Shown: positions 29,294 through 39,691, counted from the stretch's first letter. The stretch is 57,053 bases of DNA from an uncultured Fibrobacterota bacterium (GCA_964346405.1 CAYFVL010000001.1:4640-61692); one strand, 5' to 3'. Notes: a model not told the origin generated them from the sequence alone. Made by a program: numbers and translations.

Positions 29294-31465
29294 ATGCCGA
29301 AAAATACAGCATCAGATGCAGAACTTGGCCGACGTGAGGCCGAATCGATTGCGCGAACGTTCAATCTCGCATTCAACAATGCCGTGATCTACGGCGCACA
29401 TCATCCTTCGGTCAAAAAAAGCCTCTACGATTTTCTCGGGGTGCTCATTGAACCTCTGAATCAAAGCGGCATGATCAGCTTAATGCTGCATCGAGAATCG
29501 CTTTTCGTTGATCAGTGGCGTGTGGATATGAAAATTCATGCCCGAAAACTCCTCGATTTCTTCACGAAATCGGGAGTTCAGTCGATATCGTTTGAGAAGG
29601 GTCTGACCGGAGATTTGCTTCGAGCATTCTTTCCTGTCCTGGTGGGCTCCGATAAGAAGGTAGAACGAATCCAGAATTCGCTGGCCCAACGAAACATTAC
29701 CAACATCAAAATAAACTATGTTTTTTATCGAAAAATCACTTCGGATGAAACTGTGGTGCAGAAGGACTCCCCGGATGCTCGCAAACTTGATACGGAACGA
29801 GCCCGAAAGGAAAATTTCTTATTACAGAATATCGGGACGGTAATTTCTCTCAAGGATTTAGCCGAGAAACCAAAGCAGTTCACTGAAGAGCTGATTTCGG
29901 TTATCGGGGGAACCAGCGAAGTTACGCCGGAAGAGGCGATAACCGCCCTTCGGTATCTGAACAGAGAAATCTCCGAAATCGACAAAAACGACGGCCCCCT
30001 GTCGGTCGAGGTATTGTCCGAAGTCGTCATGCGATTGAAAATGGATCTTCGGGACAGTCTGGCCGTACAGAAACAGCTCGGGAAGCTTGCCGAAGGGAAG
30101 GAACAGGTTCTCGATCAGGTTGATCGCATGTCATACGAAGTGATCGTCAAAATCATGCAGGAGGAATACCGAAATGGCAGCGTTTCGGCAAAACGCCTTG
30201 CCAATCTTATCAGGCGCATGATACCGGACCTGACAGAGTTGAAGAAGCTGCTACCGCTTCTGAAGCGAGGGCTTTTCGCCGAAGGCATGCAGTTACCCGA
30301 GTATCTTGCACTCCTGGAAGAACTGAATGAAGAGCTTCAGAGTGAGACCGTGATTTCGGTGCTCAAGGAAGGCGCTGAAGATATCGGAATTTCATTGGAA
30401 CGGATTGTGGAAGGGATGAAGAGTGACCCCGGTGAAGCTGCCCGCCTCATCTACCTGGCGTCCACCATACGAAAAGATACCAATGATGATGAGGTTGCCT
30501 TATCAAACCTCTTGATATCATACATAGAGGCGGCCGGACGGAAAATGGCGGCCACATCGGAGAAAATAAAGGAAGAAGGAAATCCGAAAATTCTGGAGGC
30601 AATGCTTCTTCAGCTTGAAGAACAACTGCTTGGAAAACTTCATGAACAGGGCCTCCCCGACGATCTTGTAAAACAGATCGACAGCGGCTTATCAACCCGC
30701 TTCAAGCAAACTCTCGAGCAACTCAAGACCGATTGGATGGTAACAACCGCGGCGGAAGCCGGAGAATTGACCGGAACTCATTTGGTGAGACTTCTCGATA
30801 CTGTTGCAGATCAACAAATCGATATTTCCACCGTCACATCTCCACTCGAACAATCCTTGTTCGCCAAAGGATACACTCGGGACCAGGTAAAGAGCGTCGT
30901 TGATGAGTTCACCCGCAAATACAATGAAGAACAGTCACAGATTATGATCGAAAAGCCTTCACCCAAAGAGCTGCCAACCGGCATCCTCAGTGCAAACAAC
31001 ACCCGTTTCTTCCTGCAGCGGTTTATCAAGGAACACATACGGTACGGGAATCCCTTTTCAGTTCTTGCGGTTTCGGTGGTTGCCGAACGTACTGAGAAAG
31101 CATGGACTATTGCGGAACGAGAACTCACGGAAAAGTTCCGGGCTCACGTGTATACCGAACTGCGCGGTATTCTCAGAGACCTGGATCTGGTAGGATCTCT
31201 TACTCCAATCGACAATGTTCCGTTTGCGCTTCTTCCGATGACCGATGCCGAGGGCTGCAAAACGGCATGTGACCGGGTAACCCGCCGATTTTCCGAGCGA
31301 TTCACCCACAAATCCGATACCGGGTATCAGATCAAGGTCGCCGTCACCGCACAGGCATTCGACAGGACCATTACGCCCGGAGAAAAAAGCTTCCTTGAAC
31401 ACCTGACGAAGCAGCATGCCAAGTACGTGAAACGGGCCAAGCGAGAAATCGTCGAATCCGCGTAG
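29294..31465 (+). CDS. Large helical protein with a C-terminal degenerate GGDEF-like domain
   Basis: 723-aa ORF. The C-terminus (GILSANNTRFFLQRFIKEHIRYGNPFSVLAVSV...LRGILRDLDLVGSLTPIDNVPFALLPMTDAEG) aligns by eye to the GGDEF fold, but TPIDNVPF replaces the GGDEF signature. Confidence 0.55.
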   Translation: MPKNTASDAELGRREAESIARTFNLAFNNAVIYGAHHPSVKKSLYDFLGVLIEPLNQSGMISLMLHRESLFVDQWRVDMKIHARKLLDFFTKSGVQSISFEKGLTGDLLRAFFPVLVGSDKKVERIQNSLAQRNITNIKINYVFYRKITSDETVVQKDSPDARKLDTERARKENFLLQNIGTVISLKDLAEKPKQFTEELISVIGGTSEVTPEEAITALRYLNREISEIDKNDGPLSVEVLSEVVMRLKMDLRDSLAVQKQLGKLAEGKEQVLDQVDRMSYEVIVKIMQEEYRNGSVSAKRLANLIRRMIPDLTELKKLLPLLKRGLFAEGMQLPEYLALLEELNEELQSETVISVLKEGAEDIGISLERIVEGMKSDPGEAARLIYLASTIRKDTNDDEVALSNLLISYIEAAGRKMAATSEKIKEEGNPKILEAMLLQLEEQLLGKLHEQGLPDDLVKQIDSGLSTRFKQTLEQLKTDWMVTTAAEAGELTGTHLVRLLDTVADQQIDISTVTSPLEQSLFAKGYTRDQVKSVVDEFTRKYNEEQSQIMIEKPSPKELPTGILSANNTRFFLQRFIKEHIRYGNPFSVLAVSVVAERTEKAWTIAERELTEKFRAHVYTELRGILRDLDLVGSLTPIDNVPFALLPMTDAEGCKTACDRVTRRFSERFTHKSDTGYQIKVAVTAQAFDRTITPGEKSFLEHLTKQHAKYVKRAKREIVESA

Positions 31466-31478
31466 AGTTTCAGCGGCT

Positions 31479-32477
31479 ATGCCGGATCAGGAGATAGAAA
31501 GGAATTCGAAATCGATGTCTCTGTTCAGAAAAGCCGAGATGCTGTACCACCGCGCGGTATCTCTGCAAACCGACGAATCAGATTTGGATGAAGTCATCGC
31601 CTGGGCGGAAAAAGACCTTTCCGTTCTATTCGCCTGTACCGACCAGATTCGGCGGCATTTCTTTCAGGATACGGTTGACCCTTGCGCCATTATGAACGTA
31701 AAATCCGGAGGATGTACGGAAGACTGTGCATTTTGCTCGCAATCGGCGCATAACAACGCTCACGTAACCGTAACAGCGGCGGCCGGTGAGGAAGAGATAC
31801 TCGCCGCATACCGAGCCGCCCGAGAAAAGGGCCTGGCCTTTGGAGTAGTATCGAGCGGAAGAAAACTTTCTCCCGCTGAGCTTGCTCAACTGGTGAACAG
31901 TCTGGAAAAATGCGAGGGCCCGATTCATGCATCACTGGGCCTCCTCTCACAGGACGAACTTTGCCGTCTTTACCAGGCGGGGGTCGTCTGTTACAACCAC
32001 AATTTGGAGACAGGCAAGGAATTTTTTGGAAAAATAGTCTCAACCCATCGGTTTGAAGACCGCGTAGAAACGGTGCGCAGAGCAAAAAAGGCGGGTATGT
32101 CCGTCTGCTGTGGCGGAATATTCGGACTTGGCGAAGGTTGGGAGGATCGCAAATCCATGTGCATGACCTTACGGGAGTTGCAGGTTGACACCATACCGAT
32201 CAATTTCCTCAATCCGATTCCCGGAACGCGTAGCACGGGAGCACAGATCGATCCGTTGACTTTCCTCAAAATGATCTCCCTCGTCAGAATCGCCCTGCCG
32301 GACAAGAAAATCAAGGTATGCGGAGGACGAGAGGTAAACCTGGGTCCGCTGCAGAGCCATCTGTTTTTTGCCGGCGCCAACGGATACATATCGGGAGACT
32401 ACCTCACCACAAAAGGCGATCGAGTAGAATCGGACGATGCAATGATCGAAGCGCTCGGACTTCGCAAAGCTTTCTGA
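31479..32477 (+). CDS. bioB: Biotin synthase (radical SAM)
   Basis: The radical SAM cluster motif is CTEDCAFCSQS (CxxxCxxC). YNHNLET and the typical length are present. The start may instead be the internal Met13. Confidence 0.85.
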   Translation: MPDQEIERNSKSMSLFRKAEMLYHRAVSLQTDESDLDEVIAWAEKDLSVLFACTDQIRRHFFQDTVDPCAIMNVKSGGCTEDCAFCSQSAHNNAHVTVTAAAGEEEILAAYRAAREKGLAFGVVSSGRKLSPAELAQLVNSLEKCEGPIHASLGLLSQDELCRLYQAGVVCYNHNLETGKEFFGKIVSTHRFEDRVETVRRAKKAGMSVCCGGIFGLGEGWEDRKSMCMTLRELQVDTIPINFLNPIPGTRSTGAQIDPLTFLKMISLVRIALPDKKIKVCGGREVNLGPLQSHLFFAGANGYISGDYLTTKGDRVESDDAMIEALGLRKAF

Positions 32478-32507
32478 GATACTGGACCCATACTCTCATG
32501 CAATTCT

Positions 32508-32525
32508 CCACCCGGTGGTTTTTTT
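32508..32525 (+). terminator. Weak hairpin plus T7 run after bioB
   Basis: CCACCCGGTGG is followed by TTTTTTT. The stem is only 3-4 bp once a sterically possible loop is allowed. Confidence 0.3.
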
Positions 32526-32571
32526 GGAAAAGAAAAGGCATATGGGAGGCACTCCATTACTCCTTACTCCA

Positions 32572-35500
32572 TTACTCCATAGCGGGCTCTTTGCCGAACT
32601 CCTCCTCTTTGGGAGGAAAGAGCTTGAAGTTAAGGGCAAGCATACTAGGCACCACCACCAGAGTCATTACCGTTGCAAAGGTAAGTCCATAAATCATTGC
32701 CCATGCAAATGCGCGCCAGAACTCCGAAGACTCCGAACCGACCTGAAGGCCAAAACTGCCCGGATGTATATCTATGCTCACGCCGAATGCCATGGGCAGC
32801 AACCCAAGAACAGTGGTAATTGCCGTAAGGAGCACGGGACGCAAACGTGTCCTCCCTGCCTCGATAACCGCATCCGCGGGCTTCATACCGTCTCTGATCA
32901 GAATATTTGTATAGTCAACCAGCACAATGCAGTTATTCACCGCAACTCCGGCAAGTGCGATACACCCGATACCCGACATAATCACCACGAATTCCTGACC
33001 CGACAAGAAGTAGCCCCAGAAAACACCACCCAGCGAAAGAAAAACCGACGAAATAATTATGACCGGCTGTGTAATGGAGTTGAACTGGGCAACCAAAACA
33101 ACAACAATTAGGAACACGGCAATAATGAACGCCTTCATGAGAAACTGCATCGCCTCGGCACGCATTTCCTCCCCCTCCCCCTGAGTCACTTCATACCCTC
33201 GGGGGAGCATCATTCCACGCACGATTCCGTCGATTTCCTTTTTGATGACATCCTTGTTCTGTACGTCGTCATGGAAATCGCCCCAAACGCCCACGGATCT
33301 TTCGAGACCTCGACGCTTTATAACCCCCACCGAGGAGTTGATAGCCACATCGGCGACCTCCACGAGCGGGATCCGCAGCCCGTCATGGTTGACAAGATGC
33401 AGACGCCGAAGGGAGGGTACGGCATTCCGTGACTCGCGACCGTACCGAAGTGTAATATCGTATTCTTCTTCGCCCTGTCGGAAGCTGCCGATCGTGGAGC
33501 CGTTGATTGCATTACGTATCGTGCCGGCGACCTCCTGCACCGATAAGCCGTGGAATGCCGCTTTTACCCTGTTTACCGTTACTGCGATCTCGGGCTTTGC
33601 GGCTTCATAGTCGGTATCGATAAGTTTCAGAGCATCGTATCGAGAAAGAACAGTCAGAATCGAATCCGCGAATCGTCCCATCACGGCATATTCGCTGCCG
33701 ACAATTTCGTAGGATACGTCGTGTCCGGACGGTGGTCCATTTTCTTCCGCTCTCACAATTATTTCCGCTCCGGTCACCCCCTCCAGCGAATCCTGGAGTG
33801 CAATCATTGTTGTCTTTCCCTTGATTTTCCGCTCAAGGAAAGGCTTGAATACTAACCGCACATATCCCTTGTTGAACTCCTCACCAATCCCGGCAAACAT
33901 TTCGCCGCTTCCCGAGCGACCAACCGTTGCCTGTATGTTGTCCAATGAGGCAGGAGTTCGGTTAGCGATTTTCTCCACCTCCCGAACCAGCGAATCGGTG
34001 GTTCGCAGCGGTGTTCCTTGAGGAAGCTCAACTGAGACAACCGCTTCGATCGGATCGGTGGTTCCAAAGAACACCATTTCTTTACCCATAGCAAAGTACA
34101 GTATGAACCCCAGGACCACCACGACGAAAGAACTTGCCAGAACATATACCGGATGCTTTGTTGCGCTTTTGATCCGTTTAGTGTACCACGACTGAAGTCG
34201 GCCGAAAAATCCGCCGCCCTCAACCATTTTCTTGCGACTGCGCTCGTCGATCCGAAGGAATCCCGCACAGAAAACCGGGTTAATCGTGAGCGCCACGAAT
34301 AGAGACGAGGCGAGCACGACAATCACCGTTTTCGGGAGATATGACATGAAATCACCCATCACATCGGGCATAAAAACGATCGGAAAAAATGCCAGACAGG
34401 TAGTGATTGTGGACGCGATAATCGGCCAGGCTACCTCTTCTGCACCGTCAATCGCGGCCCGCATTTTGGTTTTCCCCATGGTGCCGTGCCGGAATATGTT
34501 CTCGACTATGACAATGCCGTTGTCAACCAGCATCCCCAGCGCCAGAATGAGGCTGAAAAGAACAACCATGTTCAGAGTAATTCCCATCATATCCAGGACG
34601 AAGAACGACAGCAACATGGAAAACGGGATCGCCAGCGAAACGAAAAGCGAATTCACCAAACCCAAAAAGAAAATGGTGACTATCATCACGAGCATGAACC
34701 CGGTGAACATATTGTTTTCCAAATCGGCTACAATCTGCCGGACATATCGTGATTGGTCGGAAATGTAGTCTACCTGTGTTCCGGCCGGGAATTGCGGTTT
34801 CAGTTTCTCGATAATGAGCTTGGTCTCATCGACAATATCAATGATATTCTGTCCCGAGCGTTTCTTCACCGAGAGAGTTATGCAGGGATCTCCGTTGACA
34901 CGCGAATACGTTTCCGGTTCGGCCCCGACAAAACGGACTCGTGCGATATCGCGCAAGTGCACCTTCACCGGCCCGGACTTCACGATGACATTTTCGAATT
35001 CTCGCGGATTCCTGATTTCGGCGTTGACCGAAATCGTATAGTTCTTCGCACTGTTCTTGAGAATGCCGCCCGGTATGGCGATATTCGACGACTGAACGGC
35101 CATGATAACATCGTTAATGGAGAATTCGTAACGCTCCAGTTTCACGGGATCGAGTTCAATCGAGATTTCTTGCTCGAGGCGCCCCGCGATATCCACATCC
35201 AGAACCCCCTTGACCCTGCGTAATTCGTCTTCCAGAAGCTCCGAGGCCTTCTCGATGACCTCCACACCCTCGGGGTGGGAAAGCGATACGATGAAAATGG
35301 GCCAGTCGGAAGAACTGAATTCCCGGACAACCGGTTCATCGACATCGGCGGGCAGTTGGGCACGTGCGATATCGACCCGCTCACGCACTTTCTGCAGCGC
35401 CCTCTCGACCGTCATACTCGAGGAAAACGTTGCGAAAATAAACGAGAGGCTCTGCTGACTGGAAGAACTGAGATCCTCGAGTCCCTCAAGCCCGTCCAGC

Positions 35501-35703
35501 TCGGTCTCGATCGGTCGAGTGACCAGATTCTCGACATCCTTTGCGGCAACCCCCGGGTAGACCGTCGTCACGAAAATATACGGCTGCTTGATTTCCGGTG
35601 AAGCTTCCTTGGGCAAGCCGACATATGAGACGACACCGATAACCAGTATAAGTACCGACAGCGTGTAAACCGCCGCATGCTTGCGGACAACAAAGTTAAT
35701 CAT
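32572..35703 (-). CDS. RND efflux transporter permease (AcrB/HAE1-like)
   Basis: 1043 aa with a 12-TM RND layout. The N-terminus is typical (FVVRKHAAVYTLSVLILVIGVVSYVGLPKEASPEI), as are blocks such as LALGMLVDNGIVIVENI. Confidence 0.9.
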   Translation of the reverse strand: MINFVVRKHAAVYTLSVLILVIGVVSYVGLPKEASPEIKQPYIFVTTVYPGVAAKDVENLVTRPIETELDGLEGLEDLSSSSQQSLSFIFATFSSSMTVERALQKVRERVDIARAQLPADVDEPVVREFSSSDWPIFIVSLSHPEGVEVIEKASELLEDELRRVKGVLDVDIAGRLEQEISIELDPVKLERYEFSINDVIMAVQSSNIAIPGGILKNSAKNYTISVNAEIRNPREFENVIVKSGPVKVHLRDIARVRFVGAEPETYSRVNGDPCITLSVKKRSGQNIIDIVDETKLIIEKLKPQFPAGTQVDYISDQSRYVRQIVADLENNMFTGFMLVMIVTIFFLGLVNSLFVSLAIPFSMLLSFFVLDMMGITLNMVVLFSLILALGMLVDNGIVIVENIFRHGTMGKTKMRAAIDGAEEVAWPIIASTITTCLAFFPIVFMPDVMGDFMSYLPKTVIVVLASSLFVALTINPVFCAGFLRIDERSRKKMVEGGGFFGRLQSWYTKRIKSATKHPVYVLASSFVVVVLGFILYFAMGKEMVFFGTTDPIEAVVSVELPQGTPLRTTDSLVREVEKIANRTPASLDNIQATVGRSGSGEMFAGIGEEFNKGYVRLVFKPFLERKIKGKTTMIALQDSLEGVTGAEIIVRAEENGPPSGHDVSYEIVGSEYAVMGRFADSILTVLSRYDALKLIDTDYEAAKPEIAVTVNRVKAAFHGLSVQEVAGTIRNAINGSTIGSFRQGEEEYDITLRYGRESRNAVPSLRRLHLVNHDGLRIPLVEVADVAINSSVGVIKRRGLERSVGVWGDFHDDVQNKDVIKKEIDGIVRGMMLPRGYEVTQGEGEEMRAEAMQFLMKAFIIAVFLIVVVLVAQFNSITQPVIIISSVFLSLGGVFWGYFLSGQEFVVIMSGIGCIALAGVAVNNCIVLVDYTNILIRDGMKPADAVIEAGRTRLRPVLLTAITTVLGLLPMAFGVSIDIHPGSFGLQVGSESSEFWRAFAWAMIYGLTFATVMTLVVVPSMLALNFKLFPPKEEEFGKEPAME

Positions 35704-35709
35704 GATCTA

Positions 35710-36750
35710 TTAGCCCCGTTCCTTCACAATGACCGCATCGCCCTGCGTAACCAGATGCTGCCCGGCGATAATCAACCGGTCTCCCGGTTGTAACCCATCC
35801 GTGATAACCGTCCGTTCTTCATCCATCGGCCCGAATTGAACTTTCCGTTTCTCCACGATACCCCCATTTACCGTCATTACCTCGTGGAGCGACCCCGCTG
35901 TAAGAACCGCCGAGGTGGGGATCACGACCTGATCATTGTATGTCCTAAGAGTGAGATCCACCCGGGCCGTCATCCCCGGCAAAATCATTCCATCTTTGTT
36001 GTCGACAAGAAGCTCTGCTTCGTACCGTTTGGTGGCTGGATTGGCTCTCCGTGCGACGGAATGGACCTTCCCATCCCAGGTCCTTCCCGGAACAGCGGCC
36101 AGTGTGACAGTCGCTTCATTCCCCACCGTGACGCCCGCGATTTCGCTTTCCGGGACGTTTACCATAACTTTGACTTTATGCAACTGTGCTACCACGAAGG
36201 TAGGAGTGCCGGGACCGATATCCTGAAACTCATTTATACCGCGGGACGCAACTCTTCCGGTAATCGGGGTTATACAGAATGCCCCGTTGTATGCCTTTTC
36301 GGCCTGCAATCGATGGGTTTTAGCCTGGAGCCAGGCAAGATGAGCGTTGTCGAGTGCAACCCGTGAAGATGTTCCCTGATCGTAAAAAGATTTCGTACGT
36401 TCGTAGTTGTCTTTAGCGACTTTTTCCTGAAGTTCAGCGGTCTCGAGCTGGGCCTCCGCACGCGCGGCATCGATCTCGGCAAGCGACTGACCTTCCTTTA
36501 CCCAAGCCCCGATACTTGCGTGAATCCGCTCAACCGTTCCGCCTGAAACATTTACCAGGTACGCTTCCCGAAGCCCGGCCACTTCGCCGTAGTACTCGCC
36601 ATGTTGAACAAAGTCCGACATTTGTACCGTCATTGTCTCTACCGCAACGGTATCGTCGTCACGCTTTGCGCTGTTCTCCGCGCCCTTTTTGCCCCCGCAA
36701 CCGACAACAGCGACCGCAAGTGCGCAAATGGTCAAAATACGAAACTTCAT
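35710..36750 (-). CDS. RND periplasmic adaptor (membrane fusion protein), lipoprotein
   Basis: The signal with lipobox is LAVAVVGCGG. The layout is HlyD/biotinyl-lipoyl-like with a coiled-coil hairpin. It overlaps the TolC-like gene by 4 nt. Confidence 0.85.
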   Translation of the reverse strand: MKFRILTICALAVAVVGCGGKKGAENSAKRDDDTVAVETMTVQMSDFVQHGEYYGEVAGLREAYLVNVSGGTVERIHASIGAWVKEGQSLAEIDAARAEAQLETAELQEKVAKDNYERTKSFYDQGTSSRVALDNAHLAWLQAKTHRLQAEKAYNGAFCITPITGRVASRGINEFQDIGPGTPTFVVAQLHKVKVMVNVPESEIAGVTVGNEATVTLAAVPGRTWDGKVHSVARRANPATKRYEAELLVDNKDGMILPGMTARVDLTLRTYNDQVVIPTSAVLTAGSLHEVMTVNGGIVEKRKVQFGPMDEERTVITDGLQPGDRLIIAGQHLVTQGDAVIVKERG

Positions 36751-38174
36751 TTCTTCTCCTCGTACAAAGGTATCCCCAGAAGTGCCTTCAGTTGTGCGAC
36801 CGCCAGCACTTTCTGAGCTTCCAGTTGCATGTGCGTCTGTTCGGCATCGCGAACTTCGCGTTCTATTTCCAAAAGCTCGGTAACATCTATAAACCCGTCG
36901 GCGTAATCCCGCTCGGCCTCCTCCAATGCTCCCCGTGCGGCCTCGAGCTGAAGCGATAAGGCTTCGATATTGCTATTGAGCGTCGTTATGCCGGTCCTCG
37001 TTTCCTCGATCTCCCTGGCGTTTTCTTCCTTTATCTGCTTGGCCTCACGTTGCGCTTTCTCGAAGCCGTACCTGGCTTTGTTGTGCTCCGCACGCGTCCT
37101 GCGGCCGTCAAAAATATTCCACGTGAGTTGAAGACCGAGGGCATAGTTGTAGTACTCAGGATCGAGAACCGACTCCAGATTCGGGTTTGCATAATCCTCT
37201 GTCGACGATCCATTTTGCCCCCCCCCGGTTGCAGAAGGCATTGATTCCAAAAACTCATCATAACTAAACCAATCCTTCTTATGATGCAGAGAAATCATTC
37301 GCTGCACCTGACTTCCGGCCGTGGCAAACAAACCTATCGTGGGGAAAAGTTTTGCGCGGCGATAGTTTATGTTGAGTTCCTGCAGTGCAACCTCGTGCTC
37401 CTTCAGCCTGTACTCCATGCTTTGACTAGCCGAAGTATCTGAAGGAATATTGGATGCCCAGCCATTTTGGTCTTGTACGAGTCGCACGGAATCGTCTATC
37501 GTGGTTTCAGAAACATCGGACAATCGCTCGAACGCAATCGTTTTGGCTGCGCGTGCCTGTGAGAGATTTGCCTCTTTGCGAAGAGCCAGAGCCTTCACTC
37601 GCAAAAGATCTCGACGAGCTACACCATCCATCTCGAATGCGCGTTCGACCCGGGCGAGGGTCCTGTCGGCGTATTGCGCGGCCCTCTCGGCCGACCCAAC
37701 GGATTTCTGCGCAAGGAGTGCGCCGTTGAACGATGAAATGAGCTTCAAGTAATATGCGTCTTTCTTCAGGCGAAGCATATCGTCAAGCATGTCACTTCGA
37801 CGATGAGCGATTTTCAACGCATTGAACGCACTCCCAAACGTGAATATCGGCTGGTATACCGACAAACTCCAGTTGGCCGATTGGGCATTGGCCCGGGTAA
37901 TACCAGGCGGAATGGCGGTGAACGCCTGTCCCTTCAGAGCCTGTGAACCAAGCCCCGCGCCCGCTTCCAGCGAAACCATCGGCAACGCCTCCGACCGGTA
38001 GAACTTGATATCCTCCCTCCCGATCGCATCATCGAGTTCGGCTATGGCGATATCGTCGGAACAACCGTTGCACTTTTCGAACAACTCTTCGAGCGTAAGG
38101 GTAGTTTCCGAAAGCGATTTGGTGCAAAGCGCCGCGGTAAATAGAAATGCCGCTATTGAAATTGACCGTTTCAT
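36747..38174 (-). CDS. TolC-family outer membrane efflux protein
   Basis: Signal peptide and a duplicated OEP repeat pattern (475 aa). It is the first gene of the efflux operon. Confidence 0.8.
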   Translation of the reverse strand: MKRSISIAAFLFTAALCTKSLSETTLTLEELFEKCNGCSDDIAIAELDDAIGREDIKFYRSEALPMVSLEAGAGLGSQALKGQAFTAIPPGITRANAQSANWSLSVYQPIFTFGSAFNALKIAHRRSDMLDDMLRLKKDAYYLKLISSFNGALLAQKSVGSAERAAQYADRTLARVERAFEMDGVARRDLLRVKALALRKEANLSQARAAKTIAFERLSDVSETTIDDSVRLVQDQNGWASNIPSDTSASQSMEYRLKEHEVALQELNINYRRAKLFPTIGLFATAGSQVQRMISLHHKKDWFSYDEFLESMPSATGGGQNGSSTEDYANPNLESVLDPEYYNYALGLQLTWNIFDGRRTRAEHNKARYGFEKAQREAKQIKEENAREIEETRTGITTLNSNIEALSLQLEAARGALEEAERDYADGFIDVTELLEIEREVRDAEQTHMQLEAQKVLAVAQLKALLGIPLYEEKK

Positions 38175-38301
38175 TTCTCTACGTTCCCATTAGGGTAAGT
38201 TGTTGCCCCGACTTTTTATCCACCGTCGAGACATCGATCTCCTCGACCGCGGATGGGCCGGCTAGTAAATCAATTGAGTCGGATAATATCGTTTTCTCGC
38301 C

Positions 38302-38376
38302 TGACCCGACTTCGACAATCGACTCATGGCATTCTGCATAAGCTGTTGCTCGCTCTCGACTGTCGAACTCGGGCTA
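38302..38376 (+). repeat. Interspersed stop-codon-abutting repeat, copy c (full length, 12/13-bp terminal arms)
   Basis: The copy reads TGACCCGACTTCGACAATCGACTCATGGCATTCTGCATAAGCTG...TGTCGAACTCGGGCTA. CCCGACTTCGACA pairs with TGTCGAACTCGGG with one mismatch. The terminal CTA is the TAG stop codon of the minus-strand TetR gene. Confidence 0.85.
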
Positions 38377-39039
38377 AGAAGACAAGTCCGGATTGAATTC
38401 CAGTTTCATGCCTTCACAAAGAAATGTCATTATGTTGCCGACCTCTTCGTCGATATTGCCGAGTTCCCCGGCAATTTTCCACTCGAACATCGTTCCCCGA
38501 ATCAACGATCCCAGATAGCGTGCCAGAACAGTATCCGAAAGAGAACTCTTGATCGTTCCAGCAGCCCGCGCCCGTGCGATTATTCGCATCATAGCCGCCT
38601 GCATCATTCCATAGAGATTCTTGAACTGCTCGGTACGATCGGCATGACGTCGTTCTACCTCCTCTATCGATCTATTACCGTGTGCGGCTGCTCGAAAATG
38701 CGATATCGCCAGCATAATCCCGAATTGCTCACCGAACAGAGTGAAAATGGAGTACAGAATCGATCGGATACTTTCCCCCGCATCAGCCCCGCCACGTTCG
38801 GTCTGCTCAACTTTCTTGAGCAGACGCTCATACTCGCGGATAGCGAGACTTAGAAAAATCTCTTCTTTGTCCTGGTAATAGTTGTAGAGCGCCGCCTTCG
38901 AGAATCCCGCGGATGCCGCTATATCCTCGAGCCTTGTCTCGTGATAGCCTCGGGCGCTGAACACCTGCCGTGCCGCATCGAGTATGATATTTGTTTTTGC
39001 GTCACGTACAGCCTGATCCCTTGCCGACTTAGCATTCAT
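38374..39039 (-). CDS. TetR/AcrR-family transcriptional regulator
   Basis: The N-terminal HTH is AARQVFSARGYHETRLEDIAASAGFSKAALYNYYQDKEEIF. It lies upstream of the efflux operon on the same strand. Confidence 0.85.
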   Translation of the reverse strand: MNAKSARDQAVRDAKTNIILDAARQVFSARGYHETRLEDIAASAGFSKAALYNYYQDKEEIFLSLAIREYERLLKKVEQTERGGADAGESIRSILYSIFTLFGEQFGIMLAISHFRAAAHGNRSIEEVERRHADRTEQFKNLYGMMQAAMMRIIARARAAGTIKSSLSDTVLARYLGSLIRGTMFEWKIAGELGNIDEEVGNIMTFLCEGMKLEFNPDLSS

Positions 39040-39066
39040 AAGAGTGACTCCAGAGTCAATTTTTTG

Positions 39067-39086
39067 TATATACGGTTCAATATACT
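39067..39086. promoter_or_regulatory. Candidate operator palindrome upstream of the TetR gene
   Basis: GTATAT-N8-ATATAC has perfect 6-bp arms. It lies 28 nt upstream of the TetR start in an AT-rich stretch. Confidence 0.3.
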
Positions 39087-39154
39087 GATTATTTTGTCGG
39101 AAGGCAAGATCAAATGGATTTCTAACAAAAAAGAATTAGTTAAGCGCGATAATT

Positions 39155-39691
39155 GTGGAAACCAATCCGAGTATGTATTTTATGGCCATGAATATGTTTC
39201 CGAATAACTTTAGCGATCCTCGCCTGCAAGAGATGTTCGAAAGAACCGAGATTTTGCGCAAACCAATCAGCGGTATTGTTTCCGGATACCACGAGCTACC
39301 GTATGTGCTGATTGCTCCTCGTGGCGAAGAACCTGATGGTAGCGTGAGGATAGACGGCAAAATCAGTGTCTCCCCTAAATTCGTAATATCTCCCCAGGCC
39401 CTGGGTGATGCCTTTGGGGATGTCTTCGATCCGGAAACTTTCGATAACGATCTGCAGGGCAGACTGTTTTCTTTTGGCGGTCACCGCAAGCAACTCAAGG
39501 TGGCAAGCGAATACTTTCAGAAGACTGAAAGCGAAAAGCCGCCACAAGAGCTGATCGACAGAACTCTTGATGAGCTTCTTCAGCAGGAAGACATACGGAC
39601 CGGCCTGATTCTGGCTCCTAAACTGGAATATTATCCGGTCTCGATCGACCGCTTCATTACGGAAATCACCGACCGGGAATTTCGTGTCTAG
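39155..39691 (+). CDS. Hypothetical soluble protein (178 aa)
   Basis: Clean ORF with ordinary composition and no TM helix or signal peptide. I recognised no family. The exact Met is uncertain because there are several near the N-terminus. Confidence 0.55.
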   Translation: METNPSMYFMAMNMFPNNFSDPRLQEMFERTEILRKPISGIVSGYHELPYVLIAPRGEEPDGSVRIDGKISVSPKFVISPQALGDAFGDVFDPETFDNDLQGRLFSFGGHRKQLKVASEYFQKTESEKPPQELIDRTLDELLQQEDIRTGLILAPKLEYYPVSIDRFITEITDREFRV

